NCBI GenBank assembly: GCA_903886255.1
Contig: CAISLM010000072.1
Location: 18,648 to 82,647, forward strand
Source: Candidatus Collierbacteria bacterium
Lineage (GTDB): Bacteria; Patescibacteriota; Microgenomatia; UBA1400; MFAQ01
Direction: 5' to 3'
Length of the DNA: 64,000 bases
Below, in pieces: positions 1 to 10,020 of this stretch. Numbering within the stretch: position 1 is the stretch's first letter; each line of letters begins with the position of its first letter. Below the pieces are notes generated by a model. That model did not search any database. It was not told the DNA's origin and saw only the letters and a program-made list of their open reading frames with translations. The position numbers and the translations under genes were made by a program.

Positions 1-1776
1 ATTATTTATGATTTCTTTTCTTTAGAGGGAAATTTGGTGGGTAGGATACTGAATATCCCCTATTGGTGTTCTATTCCTGCAATGATCGGTCCTTTTTTGA
101 ATGCCGATTATCGGGATAAAAAATATGATGAAAAAGTAAATATGGAGGCTCTAGAGAATATCAAGAATAAATTCGGTATCAGAATCACGAGAGATGATGT
201 GGAAATGGTTTCTGATGGTTTCCATATTTCAGGACAAATTAATCTTATTTGGTCTTTTCCGGAAATAACTCCGATAAACTTTAAGGTTAACCGAAGTAGT
301 AATCCGTTTGTTTTTGTAGGTAATCCCCGCGGAGATAACTACGAAAAGACAAACTATAAAAACCCAAAACCATTGATATATTTTTCTTTTGGGACAGTGG
401 TTATGAATAATCTCTGGAATCAACAGAAGGATATAAGAGTTAAATTAAGTCAATTTTTAAATGTTTTGGCAAATTTATTGAAAGATAGAAATCTTCAGGT
501 TATTTTTGTTTCACAAGGGAAAAATGTCCTTGACATAATTCCTGATAATTGGTGGATTTATGACAACGTTGATCAAGTGGAGATTTTGTCGCGTGCCGAT
601 TTATTTATTACTCATGGCGGAAGCAATGGCTTTCACGAAGCAATTATGCAGAAAGTGCCAATGATAGTAGTGCCGTTCTTTGGCGACCAAATACTTGTAG
701 CTAACCGAGTCGAAGAGCTAGGCTTTGGAATAAAGGCAGGAGGAAGTGGAAGCATTGATACCCATGAATCAAAAGAATTCCTAAATGATAAATTAGCGAA
801 GGATATAGTTAAGGATATTGATTCAATACTATCATCTGATGACTATGCAAAAAGATATTTATTCCTTAATTTAAAGGCATATTCAATCAAGTCGTTAATA
901 CTTGGGGAAATTGATGCTAGAGATGGAGACTTAGTAGCCGGAAAGAAATATGAGATTGCTCGGCTACCGGCAGATCAGAACAAAAAAGTACAACAGAGTT
1001 TGGAAATATTTATTGGAGAAGAGTCGAGCAAAAAGAGAATTGAAGAAAAGAGAATTGACTTTTTTGCTGCTTTATTTAGAGTTCATGTTCTTCTTGAACA
1101 AGGAAAAAGATTACCAGCAGAGGTGGTTCACGTCTTGGATGATGATGAATATTTTAATGATGGAGTTCAGTTTTATCGCTCCATTCAAGACACATGGATC
1201 CCTGTAGATTTCGAAGAAGTTAGTAGGCAGTTTGGAATAAAAAAAATATCTCAGAAAAATATAGTTGTCGAGTTTGAAAAAGTGATTTTAGCTTCAGAAA
1301 GTCCAATTAAAATTGAGGCAGTAAAACAAGCATTGGGAAGGTCAACAATGATTGGAGTAAATCCGCAGGTAAGTCAAGATGAGCAGCTTGTAGGAATGGC
1401 AGAAATTGTATTTGCAACTACCGAGAGGTTAACAGCTATTCGTAATTCAAATAACGAGGCTTCGCTATATATTAGTATTGTCAGTGGGTTGATTGAAGGT
1501 TATCACCAATTTATTGATGTCGGAGTAGTACTAATGGCCGATAAATATGGTAAGACGGCACTGGCAAAATCGGCTGGGCTTGCTTTGCCGCTTTCGGCTA
1601 CTCAAAGGGCTATGATCCGCGGTTTGGGAAAGTTCACAGTAGGAAAAATATTGGGTGAGGATACCGGTAATCATAAATATGATACTGACCCGCATTCTTT
1701 AATTACACAAGGAAAATTAAATAGATCCGGTTTGCTTAAAATTGCGATCGAAAAAGCTTTAAGGCATCTTTCATAA
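1..1776 (+). CDS. 5'-partial fusion protein: GT1-family UDP-glycosyltransferase domain fused to a YjjX-like inosine/xanthosine triphosphatase (NTPase I-T / DUF84) domain
   Basis: The reading frame is open from base 1, so the gene begins upstream of the window. The N-terminal half carries the GT1/UGT signature region (HGGSNGFHEAIMQKVPMIVVPFFGDQ...ANRVEELGFG). The C-terminal ~190 aa align by eye to E. coli YjjX (KVILASESPIKIEAVKQAL...VNPQVSQDEQL...TERLTAIRN...GVVLMADKYGKTALAKSAGLALP...ITQGKLNRS). Confidence 0.6.
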   Translation: MIYDFFSLEGNLVGRILNIPYWCSIPAMIGPFLNADYRDKKYDEKVNMEALENIKNKFGIRITRDDVEMVSDGFHISGQINLIWSFPEITPINFKVNRSSNPFVFVGNPRGDNYEKTNYKNPKPLIYFSFGTVVMNNLWNQQKDIRVKLSQFLNVLANLLKDRNLQVIFVSQGKNVLDIIPDNWWIYDNVDQVEILSRADLFITHGGSNGFHEAIMQKVPMIVVPFFGDQILVANRVEELGFGIKAGGSGSIDTHESKEFLNDKLAKDIVKDIDSILSSDDYAKRYLFLNLKAYSIKSLILGEIDARDGDLVAGKKYEIARLPADQNKKVQQSLEIFIGEESSKKRIEEKRIDFFAALFRVHVLLEQGKRLPAEVVHVLDDDEYFNDGVQFYRSIQDTWIPVDFEEVSRQFGIKKISQKNIVVEFEKVILASESPIKIEAVKQALGRSTMIGVNPQVSQDEQLVGMAEIVFATTERLTAIRNSNNEASLYISIVSGLIEGYHQFIDVGVVLMADKYGKTALAKSAGLALPLSATQRAMIRGLGKFTVGKILGEDTGNHKYDTDPHSLITQGKLNRSGLLKIAIEKALRHLS

Positions 1777-1796
1777 GATACGCCGTATAAATAAAA

Positions 1797-1818
1797 AACG
1801 CCAGGGTTAGCTGGCGTT
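1797..1818. terminator. Bidirectional rho-independent terminator hairpin between convergent genes
   Basis: AACGCCAG-ggttag-CTGGCGTT is an 8-bp stem, with an A-run on the 5' side and a T-rich tract on the 3' side. Confidence 0.6.
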
Positions 1819-1824
1819 ATTTAA

Positions 1825-3561
1825 TTACTGTATCTGTAAGGAAACCATTTTGGCGTAGAGGCCATCTAATTTCATAAGATCATCGTGAGTTCCTTCCTCA
1901 ACCTTTTTTCCTTCGTCCATGACAACTATTTTATCGGCCAATCCCCAAATAGTGGAAAGACGATGGGCGATGATAATGGCTGTTTTCCCGGTTAGAATTG
2001 TTTTCATGTTGGTTTGAATTTCTTTTTCGGTGATAGCATCGACTGCGCTGGTAGCTTCGTCCAAAATAAGGATGGGACGATTAGCCAAGATAGCTCTAGC
2101 TAAAGCAATTCTTTGTTTTTGTCCGCCAGACAAACGAATACCCCTTTCGCCAACCTGGGTTTCGTAACCATCTTTGAGAGTTAAAACAAAATCATGAATA
2201 CCGGCAAGACGTGAAGCTTGGATTATTTCTTCATCCGTTGTGTCGGGACGAGGAAAGGAAATATTGTATTTGATAGTTTCATCAAAAATATAAACATCAT
2301 CGCCCTGAGGAACATAAGAAAACTGTTCCAGAAGCTGATATTTGTCCCAATCTTTTATATCAATTCCTCCAACTAAAATAGTTCCTTTTTGGCAGTTCAC
2401 TAAACGGGTGACTATTTTTCTGATGGTGGTTTTTCCGGCACCTGAAGGGCCAACCAGGGCAAGGATTTTCCCCGGCTCAACTTCTAAACTGAAATCATGG
2501 AGAGCACCATCTTCTTTGGTATATTCCCCGTCATAAGAGAAACAAACTTCTTTGATACTAATACCTAATGGTTGACTCGGAACTTCTTGAATTTTTCCAG
2601 TCTCAACCGGTTCGTTTTCACTTAAGAGATTGGCTAGTCTCTCTGCGCCCTCGCTATTTTCCGAGGCTCTATCGAGAAGACGGGCAAATCTCCAAAAGCT
2701 GGAGAATAACCTTTCGACCAGTACACTAACAAAAATTAAGCTGGCAATTGTGAGTGAACCATGCAAGAGCTGAAGAATCCAAATAACGAGGATGATTCTT
2801 CTTGCTATGGTCAATACTCTGATTCGCCAACGATTGTATTTAAAAATTCCGATTCGGTGCTCTTTTAGGGCCTCACCGACAATTCCATCGTGGATGTCGA
2901 TTTGGTCTTGCATCAATCGATCTTGCTGACCAAACATCAGATTTGTTTCCACAGACTGAACTGAAGCAATGGACTTGTTCCATTCTGCCTCGTAATAGTC
3001 CTGACGTTTTGACCTGAACGGCTTTTTCTCCTTGTTACCCTTGATAGTGAGTGCGGCGAATATTGCAAAGGTCACAATGGCGATCAAGCCAACCCAGGGG
3101 CTAATTATAAACAGCGGTATTAGGCTAATGACTGCTTGGATAGAAGTGGGCACAAACTCCCAACTCATGACATCGACAATTTCTAAAGTTTTCCAAACTC
3201 CATCACCTACTTTTCCCACTAAAGTTCCTGAATTATGTTTGTGATGCCAGGGAATATCCATCTTTAGGAACTTAGCAATTGCTTTAAGCTTTAGGTGCCG
3301 AAAAATAGGATGGCTTTGTTTGGCTGCAATGTGCCAATCGAAATAATTATCGACTCTCATATTGATCTCGTCGAAGGCGAGCAGTCCTATGATCAAATAG
3401 ATCCAAACGAGTGGTCCGACTGAAATTCCAAATAAAGTAACTACCAGACTTATCACATAGCTTCCGGCCAGCTGGATCGTTTCGTAGATAACAGCCAGAA
3501 GAATAAATAAATAAAATGTCTTATGGAATGGTGCCAAGATTGACCAAAGTTTTCGAAACAT
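1825..3561 (-). CDS. ABC transporter ATP-binding/permease fusion protein (MsbA-like exporter)
   Basis: Six-TM N-terminal domain followed by an NBD with Walker A GPSGAGKT, the signature LSGGQKQRIALARA and Walker B ILILDEAT. I place the start at the internal Met (MFRKLW, codon at 3561), which is preceded by a perfect SD (AAGGAGG, plus-strand cctcctt at 3565-3571). The ORF-track start at 3603 lies inside a terminator hairpin. Confidence 0.85.
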   Translation of the reverse strand: MFRKLWSILAPFHKTFYLFILLAVIYETIQLAGSYVISLVVTLFGISVGPLVWIYLIIGLLAFDEINMRVDNYFDWHIAAKQSHPIFRHLKLKAIAKFLKMDIPWHHKHNSGTLVGKVGDGVWKTLEIVDVMSWEFVPTSIQAVISLIPLFIISPWVGLIAIVTFAIFAALTIKGNKEKKPFRSKRQDYYEAEWNKSIASVQSVETNLMFGQQDRLMQDQIDIHDGIVGEALKEHRIGIFKYNRWRIRVLTIARRIILVIWILQLLHGSLTIASLIFVSVLVERLFSSFWRFARLLDRASENSEGAERLANLLSENEPVETGKIQEVPSQPLGISIKEVCFSYDGEYTKEDGALHDFSLEVEPGKILALVGPSGAGKTTIRKIVTRLVNCQKGTILVGGIDIKDWDKYQLLEQFSYVPQGDDVYIFDETIKYNISFPRPDTTDEEIIQASRLAGIHDFVLTLKDGYETQVGERGIRLSGGQKQRIALARAILANRPILILDEATSAVDAITEKEIQTNMKTILTGKTAIIIAHRLSTIWGLADKIVVMDEGKKVEEGTHDDLMKLDGLYAKMVSLQIQ

Positions 3562-3600
3562 ATTCCTCCTTAATGATTTAATGTGCTTGCTTTCGTGCAA

Positions 3601-3628
3601 CAAAAACGCCGCGTATGCCGCGGCGTTT
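3601..3628 (-). terminator. Rho-independent terminator (minus strand)
   Basis: AAACGCCGCG-tatgc-CGCGGCGTTT is a 10-bp GC-rich stem, followed on the minus strand by TTTTTG. It sits between the isochorismatase-like gene and the MsbA-like gene. Confidence 0.5.
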
Positions 3629-3844
3629 GAATAGGATCAAAATATATTTATTTTATGTTTTGATATATGCAAAAACCGAGGCACAATTAAGGCCTTTGTT
3701 TATTTCCGAATCGATAAAATTCGAAATAGTTATGATTTGTATTTTGTTTTTCATAAAGCTAATATGTTTAGCAGGTAGTACTATATCATATTACTATGGG
3801 CTCTGTCAACTACATCTTTTGTGCGTAATTCACTTGAATTTTAT

Positions 3845-4456
3845 TTACAAAGACTTGAGAAAGTCTATCGACGTGACTGTTTTCCCGTACATCACCGGGA
3901 AAGTAAAGTCGATCATTAATTTTTGAAGCTGTTGACGTTCTTTGGAGTCAGTAGTTTCTACCAAATCCTTTAAAATTGTGAAGCTAAATCCTTTTGAAAA
4001 TCCACTTACTATCGAGGCTAAAACACAACCATCGGTGAAGATGCCGGTAACGACAATATGTTTAATTTTTCTTTTTTTAAGTTCTTGACAAAAGCTTTTA
4101 TTTGAAAAAGCATCGTAGGTGTTTTTGATGAAAACCAGATCGTTTGGTGTCGGCTCGACAGTATGAAATTTTTCTTCGAATCCTGTTTTATCATCTGAGT
4201 AATAGTAAGCACGAGGATCTTTGTAAAGTTCAATCAAATTATCCGGAAGGTTTTCTTTTGTCCATGAAGCAACCGTGAAAAAGACGACAGAATTCCCTGT
4301 CTTTTCTTTATATGTTTTTATAAAATTTGCCAATCGTGGCAACATCGATCTGATTTTGGAATAATGGATATTCCATGAGGATTTTTCGCATTTTTCATGA
4401 GCGAACGAATTGACAGGATCGATAACCAGCAATATGGAGTTTTGAGAAGATTTCAT
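3845..4456 (-). CDS. Isochorismatase-family cysteine hydrolase (nicotinamidase/PncA-like)
   Basis: The motif IKHIVVTGIFTDGCVLASIV (catalytic Cys in a GxxTDxCV context) is typical of the isochorismatase family. Confidence 0.6.
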   Translation of the reverse strand: MKSSQNSILLVIDPVNSFAHEKCEKSSWNIHYSKIRSMLPRLANFIKTYKEKTGNSVVFFTVASWTKENLPDNLIELYKDPRAYYYSDDKTGFEEKFHTVEPTPNDLVFIKNTYDAFSNKSFCQELKKRKIKHIVVTGIFTDGCVLASIVSGFSKGFSFTILKDLVETTDSKERQQLQKLMIDFTFPVMYGKTVTSIDFLKSL

Positions 4457-4475
4457 ATTGGATATTATATCTTTC

Positions 4476-6236
4476 TCAAGAGGTACGCTTTGATTGTTTT
4501 ATCATTTCAAGCGATTTTTCATAAGATTGCGCCGAAATAACCTGACCATTATTTACGAAATAGATCTCGTCGGCATTTTTAATGGTATTAAATCTATGGG
4601 CAATGATGACTCTAGTTGTTTCTTTGGGAAGCTTGTCGATAATTTCCTGAAGAAGTTGTTCCGTAATAGTATCGATGTTTGCCGTAGCTTCATCCATGAT
4701 GAGAAGTTCGGGCTTTCTTATAATGGCTCGAAGAAATGAAATTAGCTGTTTTTGACCAAGACTAATTAACTCTGTTGATGGTGTGACCTCTGCATCTAAA
4801 CCGCCTTCAAATTTTTTTATTAATTCAGAAAGGTTAAGATCTTTTAACTCTGCTTCAAGTTTATCTTTTGAATACACTAAATGATCGGGATTACCATAGG
4901 CGATGTTTTCTCCGACTGTGCCGGTGAAAAGATATTGATCCTGAAGAATAAAACCAATCTTTTGGGATAATTCTTCCGGTTTAAATGTTTTTATATCTCT
5001 TCCTTCAAATAGAACCTCACCCTCTTGGGGATCATATAGTCTGGACATAAGGGAAGCGGTCGTACTTTTTCCACCGCCGGTTGGGCCAACGATCGCATAA
5101 GTTTTACCTTTATCAAAGGTGAAGTTTACATCATGCAATATTTTCTTTTGGGTATAACCGAAACTTACGTGACGGAACTGCATGATATGTCTCGTTGGTT
5201 CTGTCTTTTCATGGGATACGACAACAAGGTCTGATTCAAGATTCAAAATTTCCAAAATACGATTCCAGGCAGCTAGAGATAATTGGGCGTTTGACCAAAT
5301 AGCTGCCATCTGACGTAGTGGAGAGTAGAACTTATCTGTGTAACTCAAAAACGAAACAAGAATACCGATCGTTAAATGCCCTTGTAGAATCAGAGAGATA
5401 CCGAAGGCTAGAACCAACAACGTGGCAATATTCCCGGATAGATCATAAAGAGGAGAGGTTATATTGTTTGCGACACCGGCTTTTACAGATGCAATATAAT
5501 TTTCTTCATTAACTTTTTCAAAGTTGTTTCTAAAATAATCTCGCCTATCAAAAGAGACGATAACTTTGAAATTGTTTAAGCTTTCCTGGATCTCTGCAGA
5601 GAGATTTCCTAGCGCTTGAAGACTAATTCTGTTTTTCTTATGAATCCATGGAGAAATAAAGGAAGTAACAACAACTAGAAACACCGCCGAAATAATAGTA
5701 ATTAGGGCAAGCTCCGGATTAATAAAGAAGATAAATATTCCTATGCCAAAGATAATAAATATATTACCAACAAACTGGTTAAGTGATTGAGTAAAAAATT
5801 GATTCAGTTTATCTGTATCATTATTTATTCTTGAGATCAAATCACCGAGTTTGTTTTGATTAAAAAACGCAAGGGGTAAAGATTGAATTTTATCGAAGAC
5901 ACTATTCCTAAGTTTAAAAAGAACATTCTGACCAACTGTACCCATATTCTTTGTTTGGAGATAGCCGGTAATGGCGATGACGATATATAAAACAGCTAGA
6001 ATTAATGAATATTGGGAAATGCTGGCAAAATTTCTATGTGTGACAAAGTTATCGATTGCATATCCAAGAACCAAAGGCGTAGCAACGTTGGCGGCAGAAT
6101 TAATTACGATACTGATAATCGTTAAGACAAGGCGAAAGTATTCACCGGAAAGAAAGCCCGAAAAACGTTTGATTGGTTCGAGCGAATTTTGCTTTTTATT
6201 TTCTTTTATGTCGAAACTTTTTAGTGCGTAGTTCAT
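4476..6236 (-). CDS. ABC transporter ATP-binding/permease subunit (heterodimeric exporter, subunit 2)
   Basis: TM domain plus NBD with Walker A GPTGGGKST, signature LSLGQKQLISFLRA and Walker B LLIMDEATANID. The start codon overlaps the upstream subunit's stop by 4 bp. Confidence 0.85.
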   Translation of the reverse strand: MNYALKSFDIKENKKQNSLEPIKRFSGFLSGEYFRLVLTIISIVINSAANVATPLVLGYAIDNFVTHRNFASISQYSLILAVLYIVIAITGYLQTKNMGTVGQNVLFKLRNSVFDKIQSLPLAFFNQNKLGDLISRINNDTDKLNQFFTQSLNQFVGNIFIIFGIGIFIFFINPELALITIISAVFLVVVTSFISPWIHKKNRISLQALGNLSAEIQESLNNFKVIVSFDRRDYFRNNFEKVNEENYIASVKAGVANNITSPLYDLSGNIATLLVLAFGISLILQGHLTIGILVSFLSYTDKFYSPLRQMAAIWSNAQLSLAAWNRILEILNLESDLVVVSHEKTEPTRHIMQFRHVSFGYTQKKILHDVNFTFDKGKTYAIVGPTGGGKSTTASLMSRLYDPQEGEVLFEGRDIKTFKPEELSQKIGFILQDQYLFTGTVGENIAYGNPDHLVYSKDKLEAELKDLNLSELIKKFEGGLDAEVTPSTELISLGQKQLISFLRAIIRKPELLIMDEATANIDTITEQLLQEIIDKLPKETTRVIIAHRFNTIKNADEIYFVNNGQVISAQSYEKSLEMIKQSKRTS

Positions 6237-7954
6237 TGAATTGATTTTTGTGAATTGAAGATTTGTTGATATTCCGGAGATTTTTTTAGCAGCTCCTTAT
6301 GAGTACCTATGGCTAAGAGTTCCCCTTCCATGACAAGAATTATTTGATCGAAATCTTCGACTGAAGAAATTTGCTGGGTAATAAGGATCTGAGTGATTCC
6401 ACTATAATTTTTCTTTAAATTAGCAAAGATCTTTTTTTCTGTTTCACGATCTACCCTAGCAGTAAAATCATCCAGTAATAAAATTTTTGGATTTACAACC
6501 AATGCGCGAGCGAGAGTGATTCTTTGCTTTTGACCACCTGACAAACTGGCTCCACGTTCGGCAATTTTTGTATCCAAACCATCGGGAAGGCTAGCGATAA
6601 AGTCATCAAGCTCGGCCGTGTGAATAGCTTTTTGGAAACTTTCCTCATTGTCAATATTTTTAAAATTTATATTTTCTCTAATGGAAGTATTGAAGATGGA
6701 GCTGTCTTGGAAAACAAGGCCGATTTGATCAGCGAGTGACTTAGCAGAATATTTTGATTGAGGTATATCATCTATGAGAATTTTCCCTGAACTATTTTTC
6801 AAAAGACCGGAAAGTAAGTAGAAAATCTGTGTTTTTCCTGCAGCCGTTGGTCCAAGAATCGCAGTACGAGATCCTGCCGGAATTTCAAATGATATTTTTT
6901 TGAGAATTTGCTTGTTACCATAATTCAGAGATACATTTTTGAAAGATACTTTACCCTGAATTTCTTTTTCCAGCTTACCCTTACGTCGAATATGTGGAGC
7001 ATAGAGAACGGCTGAAATTCTTTCGAAAGAAGCGACTGCCCTAGCCAGAACGTTACTTATGAAACCGAGGATGACAATGGGAAAAATTAACATGGAAATG
7101 TAACTCAGAAAGGCGGTTAAACCACCAATTGTGAAAGATCCGGAAATAATTGATCGACCACCAATAAGAAGGACGGCTACTAAACTGGCATTGGCAATTG
7201 CTCCAATAAGAGGAATTAGACTCGCAAATAGCTGGAGAATGGACATGCCGATTTCCCTTGATTGGGTACTCAGTTCTAAAAATTTTTGAGATTCCAGATA
7301 TTGAGAATTCAAAATGCGAATAAGAGATGAGGCGACAATACTTTCGTTGATAGTTTTGTTTAACTTATCTATGATCGCCTGAGCTCTCTTAAAGAAGTGC
7401 CGAATTTTACTAAAAATGAAAATAAAGATAATAACAATAAGGGGAATAATGGTGAGAACGATCAAGGCAAGATTGCGGTTAACAGAAATTAATAAAGCTC
7501 CTGCACCGAAAATAAGGATAATCGAAGAAAATACTTGGACTAACCCGAGAGCAATAACCTGTTTGAGATTATCAATATCTCCGGTGAGGTTAGTGAGCAA
7601 TTTTTCAGGAGTAATCTGATTGATGAAAGAAAATGGTTGGGTGGATATTTTTTGGATTAGGCGATTGCGAAGATCACGGCCGATTTTTTCCGACAGATAA
7701 GTCTGGAGAAAACTTTGAGCCATTGAAAAAATAAAGATAAATAAGGTAATGATGGAGAGGATTGTTAGAGATGCACTTAAATTAAAATTTTCTTTTCTAA
7801 AAGTATCGATTGTCGATGCCATTATTTTGGGAACCGCAAGGCTAAGGCCGTTGGTGGCAAGACTAATAAAAAAGACCAAGATAATAAAACCAATATATGG
7901 CTTGGCAAGAGAAATTATTTTTAAGGCGCTTCCGGAGCGTAATTTTTTGTTCAT
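6233..7954 (-). CDS. ABC transporter ATP-binding/permease subunit (heterodimeric exporter, subunit 1)
   Basis: Walker A GPTAAGKT, signature LSGGQKQRITLARA and Walker B LLLDDFTARVD. The ORF track extends to 8119, but that extension runs through a terminator hairpin (8036-8063). The internal Met MNKKLRSG...LAKPYIG at 7954 gives a typical exporter N-terminus. Confidence 0.8.
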   Translation of the reverse strand: MNKKLRSGSALKIISLAKPYIGFIILVFFISLATNGLSLAVPKIMASTIDTFRKENFNLSASLTILSIITLFIFIFSMAQSFLQTYLSEKIGRDLRNRLIQKISTQPFSFINQITPEKLLTNLTGDIDNLKQVIALGLVQVFSSIILIFGAGALLISVNRNLALIVLTIIPLIVIIFIFIFSKIRHFFKRAQAIIDKLNKTINESIVASSLIRILNSQYLESQKFLELSTQSREIGMSILQLFASLIPLIGAIANASLVAVLLIGGRSIISGSFTIGGLTAFLSYISMLIFPIVILGFISNVLARAVASFERISAVLYAPHIRRKGKLEKEIQGKVSFKNVSLNYGNKQILKKISFEIPAGSRTAILGPTAAGKTQIFYLLSGLLKNSSGKILIDDIPQSKYSAKSLADQIGLVFQDSSIFNTSIRENINFKNIDNEESFQKAIHTAELDDFIASLPDGLDTKIAERGASLSGGQKQRITLARALVVNPKILLLDDFTARVDRETEKKIFANLKKNYSGITQILITQQISSVEDFDQIILVMEGELLAIGTHKELLKKSPEYQQIFNSQKSIQ

Positions 7955-8035
7955 AAGGTTAACAGGACAATCAATTATATCCTTACTCTTCTCTCGTAAT
8001 GAGACGTGCATACCCCTCTTCGGTTTTTCAACGAT

Positions 8036-8063
8036 AAAAAACCCGCTATCTAGCGGGTTTTTG
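8036..8063. terminator. Bidirectional rho-independent terminator
   Basis: AAAAACCCGC-tatcta-GCGGGTTTTT, immediately 3' of the LysM/LDT gene on the minus strand. Confidence 0.6.
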
Positions 8064-8067
8064 AATT

Positions 8068-8793
8068 TCAAGGATATATTTCGACTTTTGTGCCGAGAGG
8101 AGCCCAGTGATATAGCCAATCAGCATCCGGTGTGTACATATTCACGCAACCATGACTCATAGGATGACCGAAATTATGATGCCAATAGGTTCCATGGAAG
8201 CTATAGCCTTGGTAGAAATACATTGTCCAAGGAACATTTGGCAAATCGTAACCCTCACCAGTCATACGTGTTGATTCAAGCTTTATATAGATGTAATAAG
8301 TGCCCAGGACAGTTGGATGATTCTGAACCCCGGTAGAGACCAGGAATTCTCTTATTAATTTATCCCCTTCGTAGGCATAAGTTTTCTGTTGGGAAAGAAT
8401 AACGACAATTCGTTTATTCGTTTCAGGTATCACTGTACTTACTTCCGAAGGGTTGGGGATGATGATAACTTGACCAGGATATATTTGGTCATAGTTCCAA
8501 ATACTATTGGCAATGGCGATCCGATCTACCGGTACACCAAAACGTTGAGAAATTCCCCAGAGGGTGTCGGCTTCCTGTACTATGTATGTAATTGAGGGGG
8601 TCTTTGAAGGTTGTGGAGTGTTTGTCTGGGTTGATGTTGAGGTCGGGGTAGGTGTTTGGACAAGAGTTGCTGTAGAGACAGATTTGGGTGTGGAGGTAGG
8701 TGTAGGCGTGAGCCTAACATGGGTTGAGCTTGCACAAGCAGTGATTCCAATAAGAATTAACGAGCACAAAATAAGGAGCTTTTTTGAGACCAT
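8068..8793 (-). CDS. Lipoprotein with a LysM domain and an L,D-transpeptidase (YkuD) catalytic domain
   Basis: Lipobox-like signal (LIGITAC), a Thr/Pro/Ser linker, a LysM motif (YIVQEADTLWGISQRFGVPVDRIAIANSI) and the LDT active-site region HGTYWHHNFGHPMSHGCVNM. Confidence 0.8.
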   Translation of the reverse strand: MVSKKLLILCSLILIGITACASSTHVRLTPTPTSTPKSVSTATLVQTPTPTSTSTQTNTPQPSKTPSITYIVQEADTLWGISQRFGVPVDRIAIANSIWNYDQIYPGQVIIIPNPSEVSTVIPETNKRIVVILSQQKTYAYEGDKLIREFLVSTGVQNHPTVLGTYYIYIKLESTRMTGEGYDLPNVPWTMYFYQGYSFHGTYWHHNFGHPMSHGCVNMYTPDADWLYHWAPLGTKVEIYP

Positions 8794-8893
8794 TTGCCAT
8801 CCTTTTAAAGAGCAAGGTTTGTTCTTGTGTATTATATAGCATTTTTATATAGGAAAATAGGTTAGCAGCTCCCTTTTAGGATAAAATATAGGT

Positions 8894-9640
8894 ATGAAGA
8901 AACAGCTTAACTTTATTACCCTAGAAGGCAGAAATATGGTTCACGATGCCTTAACTTCCCAACAAAAAATCGTTTCGGTAATTTTGGGAGTTTCAACTTT
9001 GAGCGATCCCAGGATAAGAGAGATCGAAAATCTGGCCAGAAAAAATGGTGTGCAGATTCAAAAAGTGAGTACTGAAGAACTTGAAAAAATGAGCGACAGC
9101 CGAAACCCTCAAGGTGTAGTCGCCTTAATGAGCGTTCCGGAAACATTATCTTTGGAACAAATATTAAAAGAGAAAAGGGATGTTTTCTTATTGCTACTTA
9201 ATCATATTGATTATGAACAAAACTTGGGGGCTATTCTTCGTACAGCTTGGGCGGCAGGAGTCGATGCTGTGATCGCCTCACCAAATGGTGTCCACGAAGT
9301 GACGCCGGTCGTTGCTAAAGTATCAATGGGGGGTGCGGCCTATGTCCCTCTGCTGGGAATGAGTATGTTTCAAGCGATTAAATTACTTCATGAATATGCT
9401 GTTCCGGTAGTTGGAGTTGAAGTAGGTATGGGCGAATCATATACAGAAACAAATTTGAGGGGACCTGTCGCCTTCGTAATGGGTGGCGAAGCCGTGGGAC
9501 TTTCCGAGCCTTTGCAAAAAGAATGTGACTTGTTTGTGAATATCCCAATGGATAAAGCAGTTGCTTCTTTGAATGTAAGTGTAGCCACGGCGTTGATTTT
9601 GTTTGAAAAGTTGAGACAAGAACAGAAAACAAAATTGTAA
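8894..9640 (+). CDS. TrmH/SpoU-family RNA 2'-O-methyltransferase (RlmB-like)
   Basis: SpoU methylase motifs: LLLNHIDYEQNLGAILRTAWAAGVDAVI, FVMGGEAVGLS and NVSVATALILFE. Confidence 0.75.
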   Translation: MKKQLNFITLEGRNMVHDALTSQQKIVSVILGVSTLSDPRIREIENLARKNGVQIQKVSTEELEKMSDSRNPQGVVALMSVPETLSLEQILKEKRDVFLLLLNHIDYEQNLGAILRTAWAAGVDAVIASPNGVHEVTPVVAKVSMGGAAYVPLLGMSMFQAIKLLHEYAVPVVGVEVGMGESYTETNLRGPVAFVMGGEAVGLSEPLQKECDLFVNIPMDKAVASLNVSVATALILFEKLRQEQKTKL

Positions 9641-9662
9641 TATTTCGTGCTAGTATTTACTT

Positions 9663-9974
9663 ATGGAAGTAGTATACAAACAAGCAATCAGCAATGAAGA
9701 GATTAAAACCTGGGTTGAAAGTCGAGGGGGAAAACCGGCAATAATCGATGACCCAGAAATTACCGAGGATAAAATCGGGTTGAGAATAGACTGGAAAGGG
9801 AAAAAGGACGAGGCTATGCTTAGTGAGGGTAGAGTAACAACAAGAGATATCCCCTGGGAAGAATTCTTTAGAATTATGGAGGACCAACAGCTGATATTTA
9901 TGTATTCCGATTCAAAAGATATAAATCCGACATGGGAATATAAATTCGTAGATAAATATCCGGTAGACGAATAG
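9663..9974 (+). CDS. Hypothetical protein
   Basis: Long ORF in an otherwise empty intergenic slot. I see no recognisable motifs. Confidence 0.4.
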   Translation: MEVVYKQAISNEEIKTWVESRGGKPAIIDDPEITEDKIGLRIDWKGKKDEAMLSEGRVTTRDIPWEEFFRIMEDQQLIFMYSDSKDINPTWEYKFVDKYPVDE

Positions 9975-10020
9975 AAAATTCAGTTTCGTGTCGATGTAAA
10001 AGTGTAATACAATATTTTTT

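Noticed and set aside
8564-8839. Plus-strand ORF full of VGVGV repeats, and a GT-rich low-complexity DNA tract (~8600-8720)
   Set aside because: It is antisense to the Thr/Pro/Ser linker (TPTPTSTP) of the LysM-LDT lipoprotein. The DNA periodicity is a coding low-complexity linker and not a repeat element.
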